From Armatimonadota bacterium (lineage in GTDB: Bacteria; Armatimonadota; Fimbriimonadia; Fimbriimonadales; Fimbriimonadaceae): a stretch of 64,000 bases of DNA. Within the stretch, counting starts at the first letter, position 1, and every line of letters begins with the position of its first letter. Positions 63,723-64,000 of this stretch are shown in pieces. A model generated the notes under the pieces. The model was given only the letters and a program-made list of their open reading frames with translations, had not been told where the DNA came from and made no database searches. The translations under genes were made by a program, and so were the position numbers. The stretch is taken from NCBI GenBank assembly GCA_018268355.1, contig JAFDWR010000001.1, positions 289,797 through 353,796 of the forward strand, written 5' to 3'.

Positions 63723-64000
63723 TTAGTGGTGGTGGTGACCCTCGTCTTCCTGCTGCGGCAGTTCGGCGACGATCGCCTCGGTGGTGAGCAAGAGACCCGC
63801 GATCGACGAAGCGTTCTGGAGGGCTTGGCGAACGACCTTGGTGGGGTCAACAACGCCGGCCTTCAGGAGGTCTTCGTAAACGAGCGTGGCGGCGTTGAAG
63901 CCCTTGCCGTGCTCGCGGACCTTCTCAACGACGACCGAACCTTCCGCGCCTGCATTCTCGGCGATGGTTCGCAGAGGAGCTTCAACCGCCTTGCGGATGA
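63723..64000 (-). CDS. groEL: chaperonin GroEL (3' end only; 5' part beyond window)
   Basis: Minus-strand translation ...[24 protein letters not shown]...[53 protein letters not shown] is the equatorial-domain C-terminus of GroEL. Not in the ORF track because it runs off the window. Confidence 0.9.
   Translation of the reverse strand, partial: IRKAVEAPLRTIAENAGAEGSVVVEKVREHGKGFNAATLVYEDLLKAGVVDPTKVVRQALQNASSIAGLLLTTEAIVAELPQQEDEGHHHH

Noticed and set aside
1-64000. Mobile elements, integrases, prophage, toxin-antitoxin or known defence islands
   Set aside because: I found no transposase DDE, recombinase, phage structural or classic defence-domain motifs in any of the six frames inspected. 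The window looks like core chromosome with interspersed accessory secreted or membrane genes.

Overview
This 64 kb window is a high-GC (by eye about 60-65%) bacterial chromosomal segment, densely packed with about 70 genes on both strands. I found no transposases, integrases or CRISPR arrays. Both window edges cut genes that the ORF track omits because they run off the ends: pyruvate phosphate dikinase (minus strand, N-terminal ~717 codons, 1..2152) and the groEL 3' end (63723..64000). Housekeeping genes recognised from motifs include aspS, parA/parB, glmU-prs, recO, asd, dnaN, ilvE, gpmA, glnA, pyrE, panD, ccmE-ccmF, ltaE, mscL and one tRNA-Pro(UGG). Accessory or unusual content is listed in order below.
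- 2289..5486: an OmpR/histidine-kinase two-component system followed by a periplasmic LTXXQ-motif (Spy/CpxP/ZraP-like) protein. The sensor's periplasmic loop carries a tandem (GGPQ)x7 repeat and the downstream protein carries long GQGGPG-type tracts.
- 25601..26149: a second LTXXQ-motif paralog with a Gly-rich C-terminal tail.
- 8350..9252 and 62806..63567: two PEP-CTERM (exosortase-sorted) secreted proteins with near-identical C-terminal sorting signals and strong downstream terminators.
- 18375..22076: a translationally coupled four-gene operon, with every junction a TAATG overlap, encoding membrane proteins with no family I can recognise, sitting between glmU-prs and recO. This is the best candidate here for an undescribed system.
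- 37706..40850: a three-gene minor-pilin/pseudopilin operon, one member carrying a poly-Pro then Thr/Gly low-complexity tail.
- 42999..44231: a class III nucleotidyl cyclase with inverted topology (cytoplasmic catalytic domain, then one TM, then a periplasmic C-terminal domain).
- 44502..46607: dnaN without an adjacent dnaA, preceded instead by an ECF sigma/anti-sigma pair.
- 59401..59787: a CcmE carrying the variant CxxxY motif instead of HxxxY.
The combination of PEP-CTERM proteins and many prepilin-type genes suggests an Armatimonadota/Verrucomicrobia-like organism; that is a guess. Large ORFs antisense to real genes (e.g. 31058..33004+, 22643..24781-, 32..2164+) are GC artefacts.
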